A stretch of 59,601 nt of DNA from Rhodobacterales bacterium (GCA_013297695.1 JAAFHX010000003.1:1-59601), one strand, 5' to 3'. Shown: positions 10,568 through 20,554, counted from the stretch's first letter. A program made the numbers and translations. Notes: a model not told the origin generated them from the sequence alone.

Positions 10568-10627
10568 TCAAGACCTCCGCAGCCACATGTGTGGAGTGCA
10601 GCGTGTCAGGTCTGAAGGGGCTACACC

Positions 10628-10641
10628 TTGATCAGCATCAA
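10628..10641. promoter_or_regulatory. FNR/FnrL box
   Basis: TTGATCAGCATCAA, a perfect TTGAT-N4-ATCAA, centred ~67 nt upstream of the small ORF ATG. Confidence 0.85.
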
Positions 10642-10645
10642 GTAT

Positions 10646-11278
10646 TCATTTTTGATTATGTAACGAGATGATCTGCCCGTCCTTCAGCACGAGCTGCGCC
10701 GGGACGGAACGCGCAACAACAATCCGCGCGTTCGGCAGATCGTTTGCCCCGGCCCGGTGACGTGCTGCCTGTGGATCAAGCCCGTAATGCAGCCAGCGCG
10801 CGATCAGCCGACGTTCCAGTTCCGCCTCGGGCACATCCAGAAACACGGTCAGGTCCCACAGCCCGGCCAGGCTGTTCCAGGGTGCATCGCGCAACAGAAG
10901 ATAGTTGCCCTCGACCACGGCGATCCGCGCCTCGGGACCGACAACCCTTGCGGACCCGCGCGACAGGTCGATGTCGCGGTCGAAGACCGGGATGATGACC
11001 TCGTCCCCGGTCTTCAGACGGCGCAGCATGGCGGCAAATCCCGCCACGTCGAAGGTATCCGGCGAGCCCTTTTCGAACCGCCGCCCGCGCGCGTCGAGGA
11101 TCGCGTTGTCCAGATGGTAACCATCCATCGGCACCAGCGCGGCATCTGGTCCAAGCCGGGCGACCAGATCGGCCGCAACGGTCGATTTCCCCGCCCCCGG
11201 AGCCCCGGCCAGGGCCACCAGCAGACGACCTTCGACAGCCCCCGCAAGGGCGCGGATACGGGCGGTCAGCGCCTCCAT
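10646..11278 (-). CDS. frcK: FrcK-like P-loop kinase (uridine/pantothenate kinase family)
   Basis: GAPGAGKST, PMDGYH, KGSPDTFD, VEGNYLLL; ATG overlaps the frcA stop. Confidence 0.8.
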   Translation of the reverse strand: MEALTARIRALAGAVEGRLLVALAGAPGAGKSTVAADLVARLGPDAALVPMDGYHLDNAILDARGRRFEKGSPDTFDVAGFAAMLRRLKTGDEVIIPVFDRDIDLSRGSARVVGPEARIAVVEGNYLLLRDAPWNSLAGLWDLTVFLDVPEAELERRLIARWLHYGLDPQAARHRAGANDLPNARIVVARSVPAQLVLKDGQIISLHNQK

Positions 11279-12060
11279 CAGGCGGCGGCCGCCTCGGTCG
11301 GAACCTTTGCCCCGGTCATGAAGGCAACGGCATCGGACATGCTGTAATCCTTGGGATTGATGACGCAAAGCCGGCGTCCCAGGCGGTGGATGTGGATGCG
11401 GTCTGCCACCTCGAACACATGGGGCATGTTGTGGCTGATCAGGATGATCGGGATGCCACGCGACCGCACATCGAGAATCAGTTCCAGCACCCGGCGGCTT
11501 TCCTTGACGCCAAGCGCCGCCGTCGGCTCGTCCAGGATGATGACCTTGGACCCGAAGGCAGCGGCGCGCGCCACCGCGACCCCCTGCCGCTGGCCGCCCG
11601 ACAGCGTCTCGACCGGCTGGTTGATGTTCTGGATCGTCATCAGCCCCAGTTCGGAAAGCTTTTCGCGGGCGAATTTCTCCATCCGGCTGCGGTCCATCTG
11701 ACGGAAGACCGACCCCATGACGCCCGGCTTGCGCCATTCGCGGCCCAGAAACATATTGTCGGCGATGGACAGGGCCGGCGACATGGCAAGGTTCTGGTAA
11801 ACCGTCTCGATCCCTTCCCCCCGTGCATCCTCCGGGCTGCGGAAATGCACCGGGCGGCCTTCAAGTTCGATGGTGCCGTGATCGGGGGTGACGGCCCCCG
11901 ACAGCGCCTTGATCATGGTCGACTTGCCCGCACCGTTATCGCCGATCACCGCACAGATCTCGCCCGGCATCAGTTCGAAATCCGCGCCGTTCATGGCGAC
12001 GACCGTGCCATAGCGCTTCATCAGCCCGCGCGCCTTCAGAACCGGTTGAACGCCACTCAT
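11278..12060 (-). CDS. frcA: Fructose/mannose/ribose ABC ATP-binding protein
   Basis: GDNGAGKST, LSGGQRQ, ILDEPT; single-domain CUT2 ATPase. Confidence 0.88.
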   Translation of the reverse strand: MSGVQPVLKARGLMKRYGTVVAMNGADFELMPGEICAVIGDNGAGKSTMIKALSGAVTPDHGTIELEGRPVHFRSPEDARGEGIETVYQNLAMSPALSIADNMFLGREWRKPGVMGSVFRQMDRSRMEKFAREKLSELGLMTIQNINQPVETLSGGQRQGVAVARAAAFGSKVIILDEPTAALGVKESRRVLELILDVRSRGIPIILISHNMPHVFEVADRIHIHRLGRRLCVINPKDYSMSDAVAFMTGAKVPTEAAAA

Positions 12061-13136
12061 TGCGAAGCCCTCCGCAGCCATTGGTCCAGTGCGACGGCGA
12101 TGATGACAAGGCAGCCCGCCGCAAACATCTGCCAGTAGTCGTCAACCCCCGCCAGCGACAGGCCGGTGTTGAACACACCCACGATGAAGGCCCCCAGGAC
12201 CGACCCCACGATGGACCCGCGCCCGCCGAACAGCGACGTGCCGCCGATCACGACAGCGGTGATGGAGCCCAGGTTCACGGTATCAAAGGCAATGGGTGAA
12301 ACCGAGCCGACGCGACCGATGGCGACCCAGGCGGCAAAACCGCAGATCAGCCCGGCCACGGCATAAACCGAGATCAGCACCCGCCCGACCTGGATGCCCG
12401 ACAGCATCGCCGAGTCCGGGTCATCGCCGACGGCGTGGACATGTCGCCCCCAGGCCGTCTGGTTCAGCACATACCACAGGATCGCCGCCAGAACGATCAG
12501 CATGATGCCGCCATAGGTTATGCTTGCGCCACCGACATTGAACCCCTGGCCGAACCACAAAAGAAAGGGTGCCTTTGCCTCGATATCCACGTTGCGGATC
12601 GATTCGGACCCCGAGTACCACAGCTTCAGCGCGTTGAAGATCGACAGGGTACCAAGCGTCACGATGAAGGGGGGAAGCTTCATCTTCGCCACCAGCAGGC
12701 CGTTCACCAGCCCCATCAGCCCCCCGACGAATATGCCGATCAGGATGGCCAGCGCCACCGGCAGCCCGGAAATCACGGCCAGGTTGCCCATGATCAGCGA
12801 TGACACCACAAGAATTGCCCCGACCGACAGGTCGATCCCCGCCGTCAGGATCACCAGTGTCTGCGCCAGCGCGACAAAGCCGGTCACGGTCACCTGCTTC
12901 AGCACGGTGGACAGCGCGCCCACACCCATGAAACGCGGGGCGATGATCGAAAAGGCAAGGATCGAGACCAGCAGGACGAGCGCGGGAATCAGCGTCGGAT
13001 AGCTGCGCAGGTAGGACCGCAGCACATGGACCAGGGTCTTGTCGTCTTTTTCAAAGCTTGCGACGGACTTGTCCGCCTTGACCAGAGTGGCTTCAAAGTC
13101 GGAAATGGTTTTCGTCGGTGCGTCTTCAGCGCTCAT
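12057..13136 (-). CDS. frcC: Sugar ABC permease
   Basis: LTAGIDLSVG, PPFIVTLG, AVVIGGTSLFGGRG CUT2 permease motifs. Confidence 0.88.
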   Translation of the reverse strand: MSAEDAPTKTISDFEATLVKADKSVASFEKDDKTLVHVLRSYLRSYPTLIPALVLLVSILAFSIIAPRFMGVGALSTVLKQVTVTGFVALAQTLVILTAGIDLSVGAILVVSSLIMGNLAVISGLPVALAILIGIFVGGLMGLVNGLLVAKMKLPPFIVTLGTLSIFNALKLWYSGSESIRNVDIEAKAPFLLWFGQGFNVGGASITYGGIMLIVLAAILWYVLNQTAWGRHVHAVGDDPDSAMLSGIQVGRVLISVYAVAGLICGFAAWVAIGRVGSVSPIAFDTVNLGSITAVVIGGTSLFGGRGSIVGSVLGAFIVGVFNTGLSLAGVDDYWQMFAAGCLVIIAVALDQWLRRASQ

Positions 13137-13187
13137 CGTCCCAGTGCCCCCCGGTTCGCCTTCAAGGTTTGATCGTCACCCTGTGAA

Positions 13188-13213
13188 GAAGGGCGACAGC
13201 AAAGCCGCCCTTC
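13188..13213 (-). terminator. Intra-operon hairpin after frcB
   Basis: GAAGGGCG...CGCCCTTC inverted repeat between the SBP and permease genes. Confidence 0.5.
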
Positions 13214-13241
13214 CAGTGTTCACGTCACAGGATCTGCCGGA

Positions 13242-14267
13242 TCAGCCCCAGCAGAGTTCGGTGCCCTTGGTGGTGTCGATCGACGGCACGCCTTCAACCG
13301 GCTTGTCCGTCACGAGGTTCACGCCGGTGTTGAAGAAGGTCAACCCTTCGGTCACGGTCGGCTTCGTGCCGTCCTTCGAGAAGGCGACGATGGCCTCGAT
13401 CCCCTTGGACGCCATCAGCAGCGGGTACTGCTGCGAGGTGGCACCGATGACGCCGGCCTTGACCGAAGCCACGCCGGGGCAGCCGCCATCAACCGAAACG
13501 ATGATCGCCTGGCCTTCCTTGCCGGCATTCTTCAGCGCCTGGAAGGCACCTTCGGCCGCCGGTTCGTTGATCGTGTAGACCACGTTGATGTCGGGGTCCT
13601 TGGCCAGCAGCGTTTCCATCGCGCGCAGACCACCTTCGGGGTTCGCATCCGAGGTTTCGTGGCCGATCACGCGCGGATCGGTTTCCGAAGCCAGCACCTT
13701 CAGGTCCGGCACTTCGATGCCAAAGCCGGTCAGGAAGCCGGTGTTGCGCTGCACGTCAACCGAGATGTTGTCCTTGTTGATGTCCAGCATCGCGATCTTG
13801 GCGGTCTTGGCACCTTCGCCCATCGTGGCGGCGGCCCATTTGCCGATCAGGACGCCCGCTTCGAAGTTGTCTGTTGCAAAGGTGATGTCCTGCGCTTCGG
13901 TGTCCGCCAGCGGCGTGTCGAGGGCGATCACCAGGATCCCGGCGGCGCGGGCATCCTTGAGCGCCGGGCCGACCGAATCGTTCGACGGGGTGATGAGGAT
14001 ACCCTTGGCACCCGCGGCAACGCAGTTCTCGATCGCGGTGATCTGCGGCGCGGCATCGCCGTCCTTTTCGCCCGCATAGGCCTGGAAGTCGAGACCGGCG
14101 GTCTTGGCGGCAGCTTCGGCACCTTCCTTCATCTTCACGAAGAAGGGGTTGGTGTTGTTCTTGGTGATGAGGCAGGCCAGGTCGGCCGCCGCAGCCGGAG
14201 CCGCAGACATCAGCGCCGCAGTTGCAGCGCCCAGAACGAGTCCGGTGACGGTTTTCATATGCTTCAC
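13242..14267 (-). CDS. frcB: Sugar ABC substrate-binding protein
   Basis: Signal peptide, CLITKNNTNPFFVKMKEGA, TFATDNF, VDGGCPGV, C-terminal LCWG typical of FrcB; RBS GGGAGG before GTG. Confidence 0.88.
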   Translation of the reverse strand: MKHMKTVTGLVLGAATAALMSAAPAAAADLACLITKNNTNPFFVKMKEGAEAAAKTAGLDFQAYAGEKDGDAAPQITAIENCVAAGAKGILITPSNDSVGPALKDARAAGILVIALDTPLADTEAQDITFATDNFEAGVLIGKWAAATMGEGAKTAKIAMLDINKDNISVDVQRNTGFLTGFGIEVPDLKVLASETDPRVIGHETSDANPEGGLRAMETLLAKDPDINVVYTINEPAAEGAFQALKNAGKEGQAIIVSVDGGCPGVASVKAGVIGATSQQYPLLMASKGIEAIVAFSKDGTKPTVTEGLTFFNTGVNLVTDKPVEGVPSIDTTKGTELCWG

Positions 14268-14377
14268 GGTATTCCTCCCGAATGGTTGAGACGCCTGCCC
14301 AGTCCGGGCCCGTGCGCCGTGCCGCAGACCGGTCGGCCTGCCGCGCGCCGACAGATGAAACCGATTCCCGGCCCTGC

Positions 14378-14413
14378 GTCAAGATAATTAAATCACTCTG
14401 ATTTATTATTGAC
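14378..14413. promoter_or_regulatory. Putative FrcR operator with divergent -35 boxes
   Basis: AT-rich palindrome TAAATCA-CTC-TGATTTA (14389-14405) flanked by GTCAA and TTGAC. Confidence 0.65.
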
Positions 14414-14477
14414 AGACCCCGCCCCAGTAGCCCTAATCGCCTCGTCCGGGCGTCATACCCGGGCCGGGGAGGGATTC

Positions 14478-15707
14478 GTGGCACAGGCGCACGACAGCGC
14501 AACCGAACGGCTGACGGTCGATCCCGCAGGGTTGCGCGGGTCGAACCAAAGCGGCATGCGCGCCCATAACGAACGCCTTGTGCTGAGCCTTGTACGCCGC
14601 GACGGCGCGCTGGCGAAATCGGACATCGCGCGGATCACCGGGCTTTCGGCGCAGACCGTTTCGGTCATCATGCGCGGGCTGGAGGCTGATGGCCTGCTGA
14701 CCCGGGGCGAACCGGTGCGCGGCAAGATCGGCCAGCCTTCGGTCCCGATGTCTCTGGCGGCGGACGGGGCGTTCTTCTTCGGGCTGAAGATCGGGCGGAG
14801 GTCGGTCGATCTGGTGCTCGTGAACCTGGTCGGCCGGATCATCGGCCTGCACCGGCAGACCTATCGCTACCCCTCGCCCGAGGCGGTGGTCGGTTTCGTT
14901 TCAACGAATCTGCCTGCGCTGCGCGCGCTTCTGCCGGGGCCGCTGCAGGACAGGATCGGGGGGCTGGGCATTGCAATGCCGTTCCAATTGTGGAACTGGG
15001 CACAGCACATCCATGCGCCGCCGGGCGCGCTGGACGCATGGCGGGACCGCGACATTGCCGGGGAACTGGCGGCGCTGTGTGACATGCCGGTCTATTCGCA
15101 GAAGGATGCGACGGCTGCCTGCGGGGCGGAACTGGTCTTCGGCACGGGCGAGCGGGCGCAGGATTTCCTGTATTTCTACATCGGCTTCTTCATCGGCGGC
15201 GGACTGGTGCTGAACGGCCATCTGTTTCCGGGCCGCACCGGCAATGCGGCAGGCGTGGCCCCGATGCCGGTGCCCGGCCCCGACGGCCGGATGCGGCGGC
15301 TGATGACCGTGGCTTCATTGTCAACGCTGGCCGACATGATGGCGGCAAACGGCCAGAACCCCGATCAGGTGTGGGAGGACCCCTCGGGCTGGCAGATCGC
15401 GCCCGCAACGGTCGAGACCTGGATCGCGGGGGCCGCCGAGGGCCTGGCAAGTGCGGCGCTGAGCGCGGTCACGCTGGTTGAACTGGAAACCATCATCATC
15501 GACGGCTGGATGCCCGCCGACGTCCGTGCCCGTCTGGTCGAGGCGACGCGCGCCTCGTTCCACCGGCTGGACCTGGCGGGCATCACCGCCCCGCCCGCGA
15601 TCCGCGAGGGCACCATCGGCCCGCAGGCCCGCGAACTGGGCGGCGCGGTCATTCCGCTGTCGCAGCGGTTCCTGATGGATCAGCCGTCGATTCCGAAAGC
15701 CGGCTGA
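14478..15707 (+). CDS. frcR: ROK-family transcriptional regulator
   Basis: N-terminal HTH (DIARITGLSAQTVS), ROK domain DATAACGAEL, IGGGLVLNG; divergent from frcB. Start uncertain. Confidence 0.85.
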   Translation: MAQAHDSATERLTVDPAGLRGSNQSGMRAHNERLVLSLVRRDGALAKSDIARITGLSAQTVSVIMRGLEADGLLTRGEPVRGKIGQPSVPMSLAADGAFFFGLKIGRRSVDLVLVNLVGRIIGLHRQTYRYPSPEAVVGFVSTNLPALRALLPGPLQDRIGGLGIAMPFQLWNWAQHIHAPPGALDAWRDRDIAGELAALCDMPVYSQKDATAACGAELVFGTGERAQDFLYFYIGFFIGGGLVLNGHLFPGRTGNAAGVAPMPVPGPDGRMRRLMTVASLSTLADMMAANGQNPDQVWEDPSGWQIAPATVETWIAGAAEGLASAALSAVTLVELETIIIDGWMPADVRARLVEATRASFHRLDLAGITAPPAIREGTIGPQARELGGAVIPLSQRFLMDQPSIPKAG

Positions 15708-15729
15708 CCGGTCGCGCCCCCGGTGCCAC

Positions 15730-16425
15730 CTACACCGACACTGCGGCGCGCAGCGTTGCCTCGGGGATTTCGGCCTTGGTGCCCGACAGCGCCACCGCGC
15801 CGCGCTTCAGCACATAGAACCGGTCGGCCAGGCCGTAGGCAAAGTCGAAATACTGTTCGACCAGCACGATGGCCATGTCGCCCCGGTCGCGCAGATAGGC
15901 GATGACGCGGCCGATCTGCTGGATGATGTTGGGCTGAATGCCCTCGGTCGGCTCGTCCAGCAGCAAAAGCTTCGGGCGCATGATCATCGCGCGCCCGATG
16001 GCCAGTTGCTGCTGCTGCCCGCCCGACAGATCGCCGCCGCGCCGGTTCTGCATGTCGCGCAGCACCGGGAACAGCTCGAAAATCTCGTCGGGGATGCGGT
16101 GGTCCGCCTTCGGCAGCAAGGCAAAGCCGGTCTCGAGGTTCTCGCGCACCGTCAGCAGCGGAAAGATCATCCGCCCCTGCGGCACATAGCCCAGCCCCCG
16201 CCGCGCCATGGCCTGCGGCGGCACCCGACCCACCTGTTCCCCGTCCAGCGCCAGCGTTCCGCCCGACCGCAGATGCGTGCCCGCGATGGCCTTCAGAAGC
16301 GAGGTCTTGCCAACCCCGTTGGTGCCCACAAGACAGGTCACCTGACCCTTATCGGCGATCATCGAGATGCCGTTCAGAATCTGCGACCCGCCGTAGTGCA
16401 GGGTCAGGTTCTCGACCTTCAGCAT
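15730..16425 (-). CDS. urtE: Urea ABC ATP-binding subunit
   Basis: GTNGVGKT, GYVPQGR, LSGGQQQQLAI, LDEPTEGIQP. Confidence 0.92.
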   Translation of the reverse strand: MLKVENLTLHYGGSQILNGISMIADKGQVTCLVGTNGVGKTSLLKAIAGTHLRSGGTLALDGEQVGRVPPQAMARRGLGYVPQGRMIFPLLTVRENLETGFALLPKADHRIPDEIFELFPVLRDMQNRRGGDLSGGQQQQLAIGRAMIMRPKLLLLDEPTEGIQPNIIQQIGRVIAYLRDRGDMAIVLVEQYFDFAYGLADRFYVLKRGAVALSGTKAEIPEATLRAAVSV

Positions 16426-16494
16426 CGCCCGTTGCCTTTCAGGCCGAAGTGGAACCCGGTTCTGCCGCCCGAAAGGCGGGCAGGCGAAGACATG

Positions 16495-17235
16495 TCAGCG
16501 GCCAAGATACACCTCGATCACCTGCGGGTTCTGCGTCACGAAATCCAGACTGCCCTCGGCCAGCACCGCGCCTTCGTGCAGCACCGTCACCCGGCAATCG
16601 AGGCGGCGCACGAAATCCATGTCATGCTCCACCACCACCACGGCGCGGGTCTTTGCGGCCTCGACCAGCAGGCGCGTGGTGTGTTCGCGTTCGGCCAGCG
16701 TCATTCCCGCGGCGGGTTCGTCCACCAGCAGGAGCCTGGGTTCCTGCGCCAGCAGCATGCCGATTTCCAGCCATTGCTTCTGCCCGTGGCTGAGCTCGCC
16801 CGCCTTGCGGCCCAACAGGTCGGCCAGACCGATCTCGGCGGCCAGTTCGGCGACGCGGGCATGGTCGGCGCGCGCGGGGCGGAAGAACAGCACCGCCAGC
16901 GGGTTGCGCGGGCGGCGCAGGGCCATCATCAGGTTTTCGGATACAAGCTGGTCCTCGAACACGGTCGGGCGCTGGAACTTGCGGCCTATGCCCGCCTGGG
17001 CGATCTGGCTTTCCGACAGGCGCAGCAGCGAGACCGACCGTTCGCCCCACAGCACGTTGCCGCTGTCGGGGCGGGTCTTGCCGGTCACGATGTCCATGAA
17101 GGTGGTCTTGCCTGCGCCGTTCGGCCCGATGATCGCCCGCATCTCGGCCGGGCCGATGGCGAAGGACAGGTTGTTGATCGCGCGGAACCCGTCGAAGGTG
17201 ACCGAGACGCCCTGAACCTCCAGAAGGGTGCTCAC
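16495..17235 (-). CDS. urtD: Urea ABC ATP-binding subunit
   Basis: GPNGAGKTT, IGRKFQRP, LSHGQKQWLEIG, VIEVYLGR; GTG overlaps the urtC stop. Confidence 0.92.
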   Translation of the reverse strand: MSTLLEVQGVSVTFDGFRAINNLSFAIGPAEMRAIIGPNGAGKTTFMDIVTGKTRPDSGNVLWGERSVSLLRLSESQIAQAGIGRKFQRPTVFEDQLVSENLMMALRRPRNPLAVLFFRPARADHARVAELAAEIGLADLLGRKAGELSHGQKQWLEIGMLLAQEPRLLLVDEPAAGMTLAEREHTTRLLVEAAKTRAVVVVEHDMDFVRRLDCRVTVLHEGAVLAEGSLDFVTQNPQVIEVYLGR

Positions 17236-18461
17236 TTCACCGCCTCCTTCTCCTGCAGGGCACCCTCGTCGGGGCCAAGCGGCGCGCCCTTGCGGTCGGG
17301 GGTGCGCAGGCCCTGGAAGGCATCGAACAGCCCGCCGATGCCCTTGGGGGCCAGGATCGTGACGGCGACGAAGGACAGGCCCAGAACGATCAGCCACCAG
17401 TCCACCCACTGGATCGTGGCAAAGCCCAGGTTCACATCCGGCGCGCGCCCGCCGGTGAACCAGCTTGAGACCAGCGACACGAAGGCCGCGCCGATCACCG
17501 CCCCGTAAAGCCGCCCGCGCCCGCCGATGGCGACCCAGACCGCCAGATAGACGCTGGCGATGGGCGCGACCTCGGCCGGGTTGATGATCCCCGCCTGCGG
17601 ATAGTAGAGCGCGCCTGCCAGACCCGCGACCACCGCCGTCAGGGTGAAGACGAACAGCTTGAAGCCTTCGACCGGGTAGCCGAGGAAGCGCACCCGCGCC
17701 TCGTCATCGCGGATGCCGCGCAGGACCGACCCGAACTTGCCCGAGACGACCCAGTGGAACAGCAGATATCCGGCGGCGAGCGCTGCCGCCGAGGCCCAGA
17801 AGAACCAGATCGAGATCAGGCTTTGCGGAATGGCGTCGGCCCCCGGCAGGTTCTGCAACCCCGACAGCCCGTTGTTGCCGCGCAGGCCGGAATCGTTCTG
17901 GAACAGCCACAGGGCGAGGGCCAGCGTCATCGCCTGGGTCAGGATCGACAGATAGACGCCGGTGACACGGCTGCGGAAGGCGAGCCAGCCGAAGACCAGC
18001 GCAAGCACCCCCGGCACCAGCACCACCAGCGCCATCTGCGCCCAGAAGGAATGCGCAAAGACCCAGATCGGCGGCAGTTCCGACGCGCCCACCACCCCGA
18101 AGATCTGCGTGGCGATGCCGGTCACGATTTCCTCGGGCGTCGGCGGCAGCGGCGAATTGGCGAAGGAGGCGATGACGATGTCCTCGGTCCGGGCATACAT
18201 CAGCCACATGCCGATCATGTAGCCGCCCAGCCCGAAGAAGGCGAAATGACCAAGCGACAGGATTCCCGTGTAGCCCCAGACCACATCCATCGCCAGCGCC
18301 ACGAGGCAGAGGCAGAGCGTCTTGCCCAAAGTCTTGACAAAAGAGGTTGAGACAAGACCCGGCCCGTAGGCTTCGGACATCAGGGTGACGGCAACGGTGA
18401 AGATGACCAGCAGACCCAGGAAGATGAGCAGCGAAGTGTTGCGGGGATTGAAGGCGATCAT
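17232..18461 (-). CDS. urtC: Urea ABC permease
   Basis: WGYTGILSLGH, RSRVTGVYLSILTQA, VAIGGRG. Confidence 0.92.
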   Translation of the reverse strand: MIAFNPRNTSLLIFLGLLVIFTVAVTLMSEAYGPGLVSTSFVKTLGKTLCLCLVALAMDVVWGYTGILSLGHFAFFGLGGYMIGMWLMYARTEDIVIASFANSPLPPTPEEIVTGIATQIFGVVGASELPPIWVFAHSFWAQMALVVLVPGVLALVFGWLAFRSRVTGVYLSILTQAMTLALALWLFQNDSGLRGNNGLSGLQNLPGADAIPQSLISIWFFWASAAALAAGYLLFHWVVSGKFGSVLRGIRDDEARVRFLGYPVEGFKLFVFTLTAVVAGLAGALYYPQAGIINPAEVAPIASVYLAVWVAIGGRGRLYGAVIGAAFVSLVSSWFTGGRAPDVNLGFATIQWVDWWLIVLGLSFVAVTILAPKGIGGLFDAFQGLRTPDRKGAPLGPDEGALQEKEAVK

Positions 18462-18487
18462 CGGGCGCGCCCTTTCGACGGACAGAG

Positions 18488-18535
18488 CCGGGGGGCCAGC
18501 CCCCCGGACCCCCCGGGATATTTATGAACAGAAGA
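18488..18535 (+). repeat. REP-like element family A, copy 1
   Basis: CCGGGGGG-CCAG-CCCCCCGG hairpin followed by ACCCCCCGGGATATTTATGAACAGAAGA, between urtB and urtC. Confidence 0.8.
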
Positions 18536-18564
18536 CAGAGGGGCGTCGCGGCAGGCCATGCGGA

Positions 18565-20526
18565 TCAATCCCCCGCCGCGCGGCCCTTGAGGGCGATGAT
18601 CCCCCGAGGCCGGAACTGGATGAAGATGATGATGAAGATGATCATGTAGGTCTGCGCGGCCAGTGTGTTCGACGGGTTCAGCCACTCGATCCCCTTCTGC
18701 AGGAAGCCGATCATCGTGGCCCCCAGAAGCGTGCCCCAGATGTTGCCGACACCGCCCACCACCACCGTCATGAAGCTTTGCACGATGTAGTCGGACCCAA
18801 GCTCGGACGTGACCTTGGCGAACAGCCCGATGGCAACCCCGGCGATGCCCGCGATGCCCGAGCCAAGGCCGAAGGTCAGCATGTTGATCCGGTCGGGGTT
18901 GATGCCCATGCTGGCGGCCATGGCGCGGTTCTGCTGGACGGCGCGCACTTCCAGCCCCAGCCGCGTGCGCTTCATGATGAACAGGAACACGGCCAGGAAG
19001 ACCAGCGCCAGCACGAAGATCGCGATGCGGATATAGCTGATCGAGACCACGTCGTTGAAGGTCAGCGCGCCGTCGAGCCAGGCGGGCGAGGTCAGCGGCC
19101 GGGCCTGCGTGCCGAAGATGTTCTTGGCCAGTTGCTGCAAGGCGATCGAGATGCCGAAGGTGGCCAGCAGCGTCTCCAGCGGGCGGTGATAGAGGCGGCG
19201 GATCACCAGCCGCTCCATCACCACACCGGCGAGGAAGGTCACCGCAAAGGCTACGGGCAGCGCCACGAGAATTGAAACGGTGTAGTTGGCGATGACCTGC
19301 TGGACGACATAGCCGGTATAGGCGCCCATCATGATGAATTCGCCATGCGCCATGTTGATGACGCGCATCACCCCGAAGGTGATGGCCAGTCCGATGGCGG
19401 CAAGGAAATAGATCGAGGCGAGCGACAGGGCATCCAGCGTGAGGTCGATGGCCTGGTTGATCGCGATTCGGGTTTCCGCCGAGCGGAGAACCGCGGCAGC
19501 CTCGGTCGCGACCAGGGCCGAGGGTTCGGCATAGGCATCATAGAACACATGCGCCGCAAGGGCGGCGGTCACTTCGGCATCGCTGGCGGCAGGCGGCACC
19601 TTGCCGGATGCCTCGAGCGCTTCGTAGGCGAGCACGCGGGCAGTCTCGGTATCCAGATCGGCCACGGCGAAACCGCCGACGGACCCGCCGTCGACATTGG
19701 CAACAAGCGCGGTGCGGCGTTCGGCGATGGTCAGGACCGGTTGCAGCGCGCCTGCCGCGACCAGCAGGGCCTGCGCCTCGGACAGCGGAAGGTCTGCGCC
19801 GCCGGGTGTCAGGAGACGGGCAACGTTCTCGCCCTCGGGCACGCCGCCTGCGGCAGTGCGGCGGGTGGTTGCGACCAGCGGGTTCAGCGCGGCGCGCACG
19901 TCCTGGCCCAGATCGCCGCGGAAGCTGGCGATGGCGGCGATGCGGGCCGCCTCGTCGGGGTCGAAACGTAGGGTCAGCAGACGCTCCAGCCGTTCCTTCT
20001 GCGCCTTGACCGCCGGGTCGGTCTCGTCCGCGATGGCGGCGCGCAGCGGGGCCAACTGGGTTGCCGATGGGTCGCGGGCAATGGCATCCAGCGCGGCAAG
20101 GCGGCGGGCCGGGTCGGGGTCCGACAACTGGAACTGCACCAGCGCCGCCGCGATCAGGCTGCGGATGCCGGAATTGGGCTTGATCTGGGTGGCGTCGGCC
20201 TTGGGCACCGAACCGAGAGCCTCGCCGCTGTCGATGTCGGTCAGTGCCAGCGCGTCGCCTTGGGGGGCTGCATAAACGAACAGGCCGTCGGCCTCGCGGA
20301 CCCAAAGCGCCTTGTCCTGCCATTTCTCCAGCACCTGCGCTACGCTGGCCAATCCGGACCCGGCCAGCGCGGCGATGGCGGGCTCGATGGTCTTGCGAGA
20401 GCTTTTGACGATGGCGTCGCGGTGCTGTTGCAGCAGGGTCTGCACCGGACCGAAGCTGTCCTGCGCGCGCAGCGGGGTGGCCAGCAGCATCAGGCAGGCA
20501 AGGGCTGCAAGGAAATGACGCATCAT
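18565..20526 (-). CDS. urtB: Urea ABC permease with large N-terminal periplasmic domain
   Basis: Signal peptide; GLAITFGVMRVINMAHGEFIM, PLETLLATFG, FIQFRPRG. Confidence 0.92.
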   Translation of the reverse strand: MMRHFLAALACLMLLATPLRAQDSFGPVQTLLQQHRDAIVKSSRKTIEPAIAALAGSGLASVAQVLEKWQDKALWVREADGLFVYAAPQGDALALTDIDSGEALGSVPKADATQIKPNSGIRSLIAAALVQFQLSDPDPARRLAALDAIARDPSATQLAPLRAAIADETDPAVKAQKERLERLLTLRFDPDEAARIAAIASFRGDLGQDVRAALNPLVATTRRTAAGGVPEGENVARLLTPGGADLPLSEAQALLVAAGALQPVLTIAERRTALVANVDGGSVGGFAVADLDTETARVLAYEALEASGKVPPAASDAEVTAALAAHVFYDAYAEPSALVATEAAAVLRSAETRIAINQAIDLTLDALSLASIYFLAAIGLAITFGVMRVINMAHGEFIMMGAYTGYVVQQVIANYTVSILVALPVAFAVTFLAGVVMERLVIRRLYHRPLETLLATFGISIALQQLAKNIFGTQARPLTSPAWLDGALTFNDVVSISYIRIAIFVLALVFLAVFLFIMKRTRLGLEVRAVQQNRAMAASMGINPDRINMLTFGLGSGIAGIAGVAIGLFAKVTSELGSDYIVQSFMTVVVGGVGNIWGTLLGATMIGFLQKGIEWLNPSNTLAAQTYMIIFIIIFIQFRPRGIIALKGRAAGD

Positions 20527-20554
20527 GGTGTGCGGGGGCCTGTGAATGGAAAAG

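Noticed and set aside
10275-10586. 103-aa ORF in the track upstream of cytochrome b561
   Set aside because: It overlaps the cytochrome b561 gene; the 58-aa hydrophobic frame with a GGAGG RBS explains the region better.
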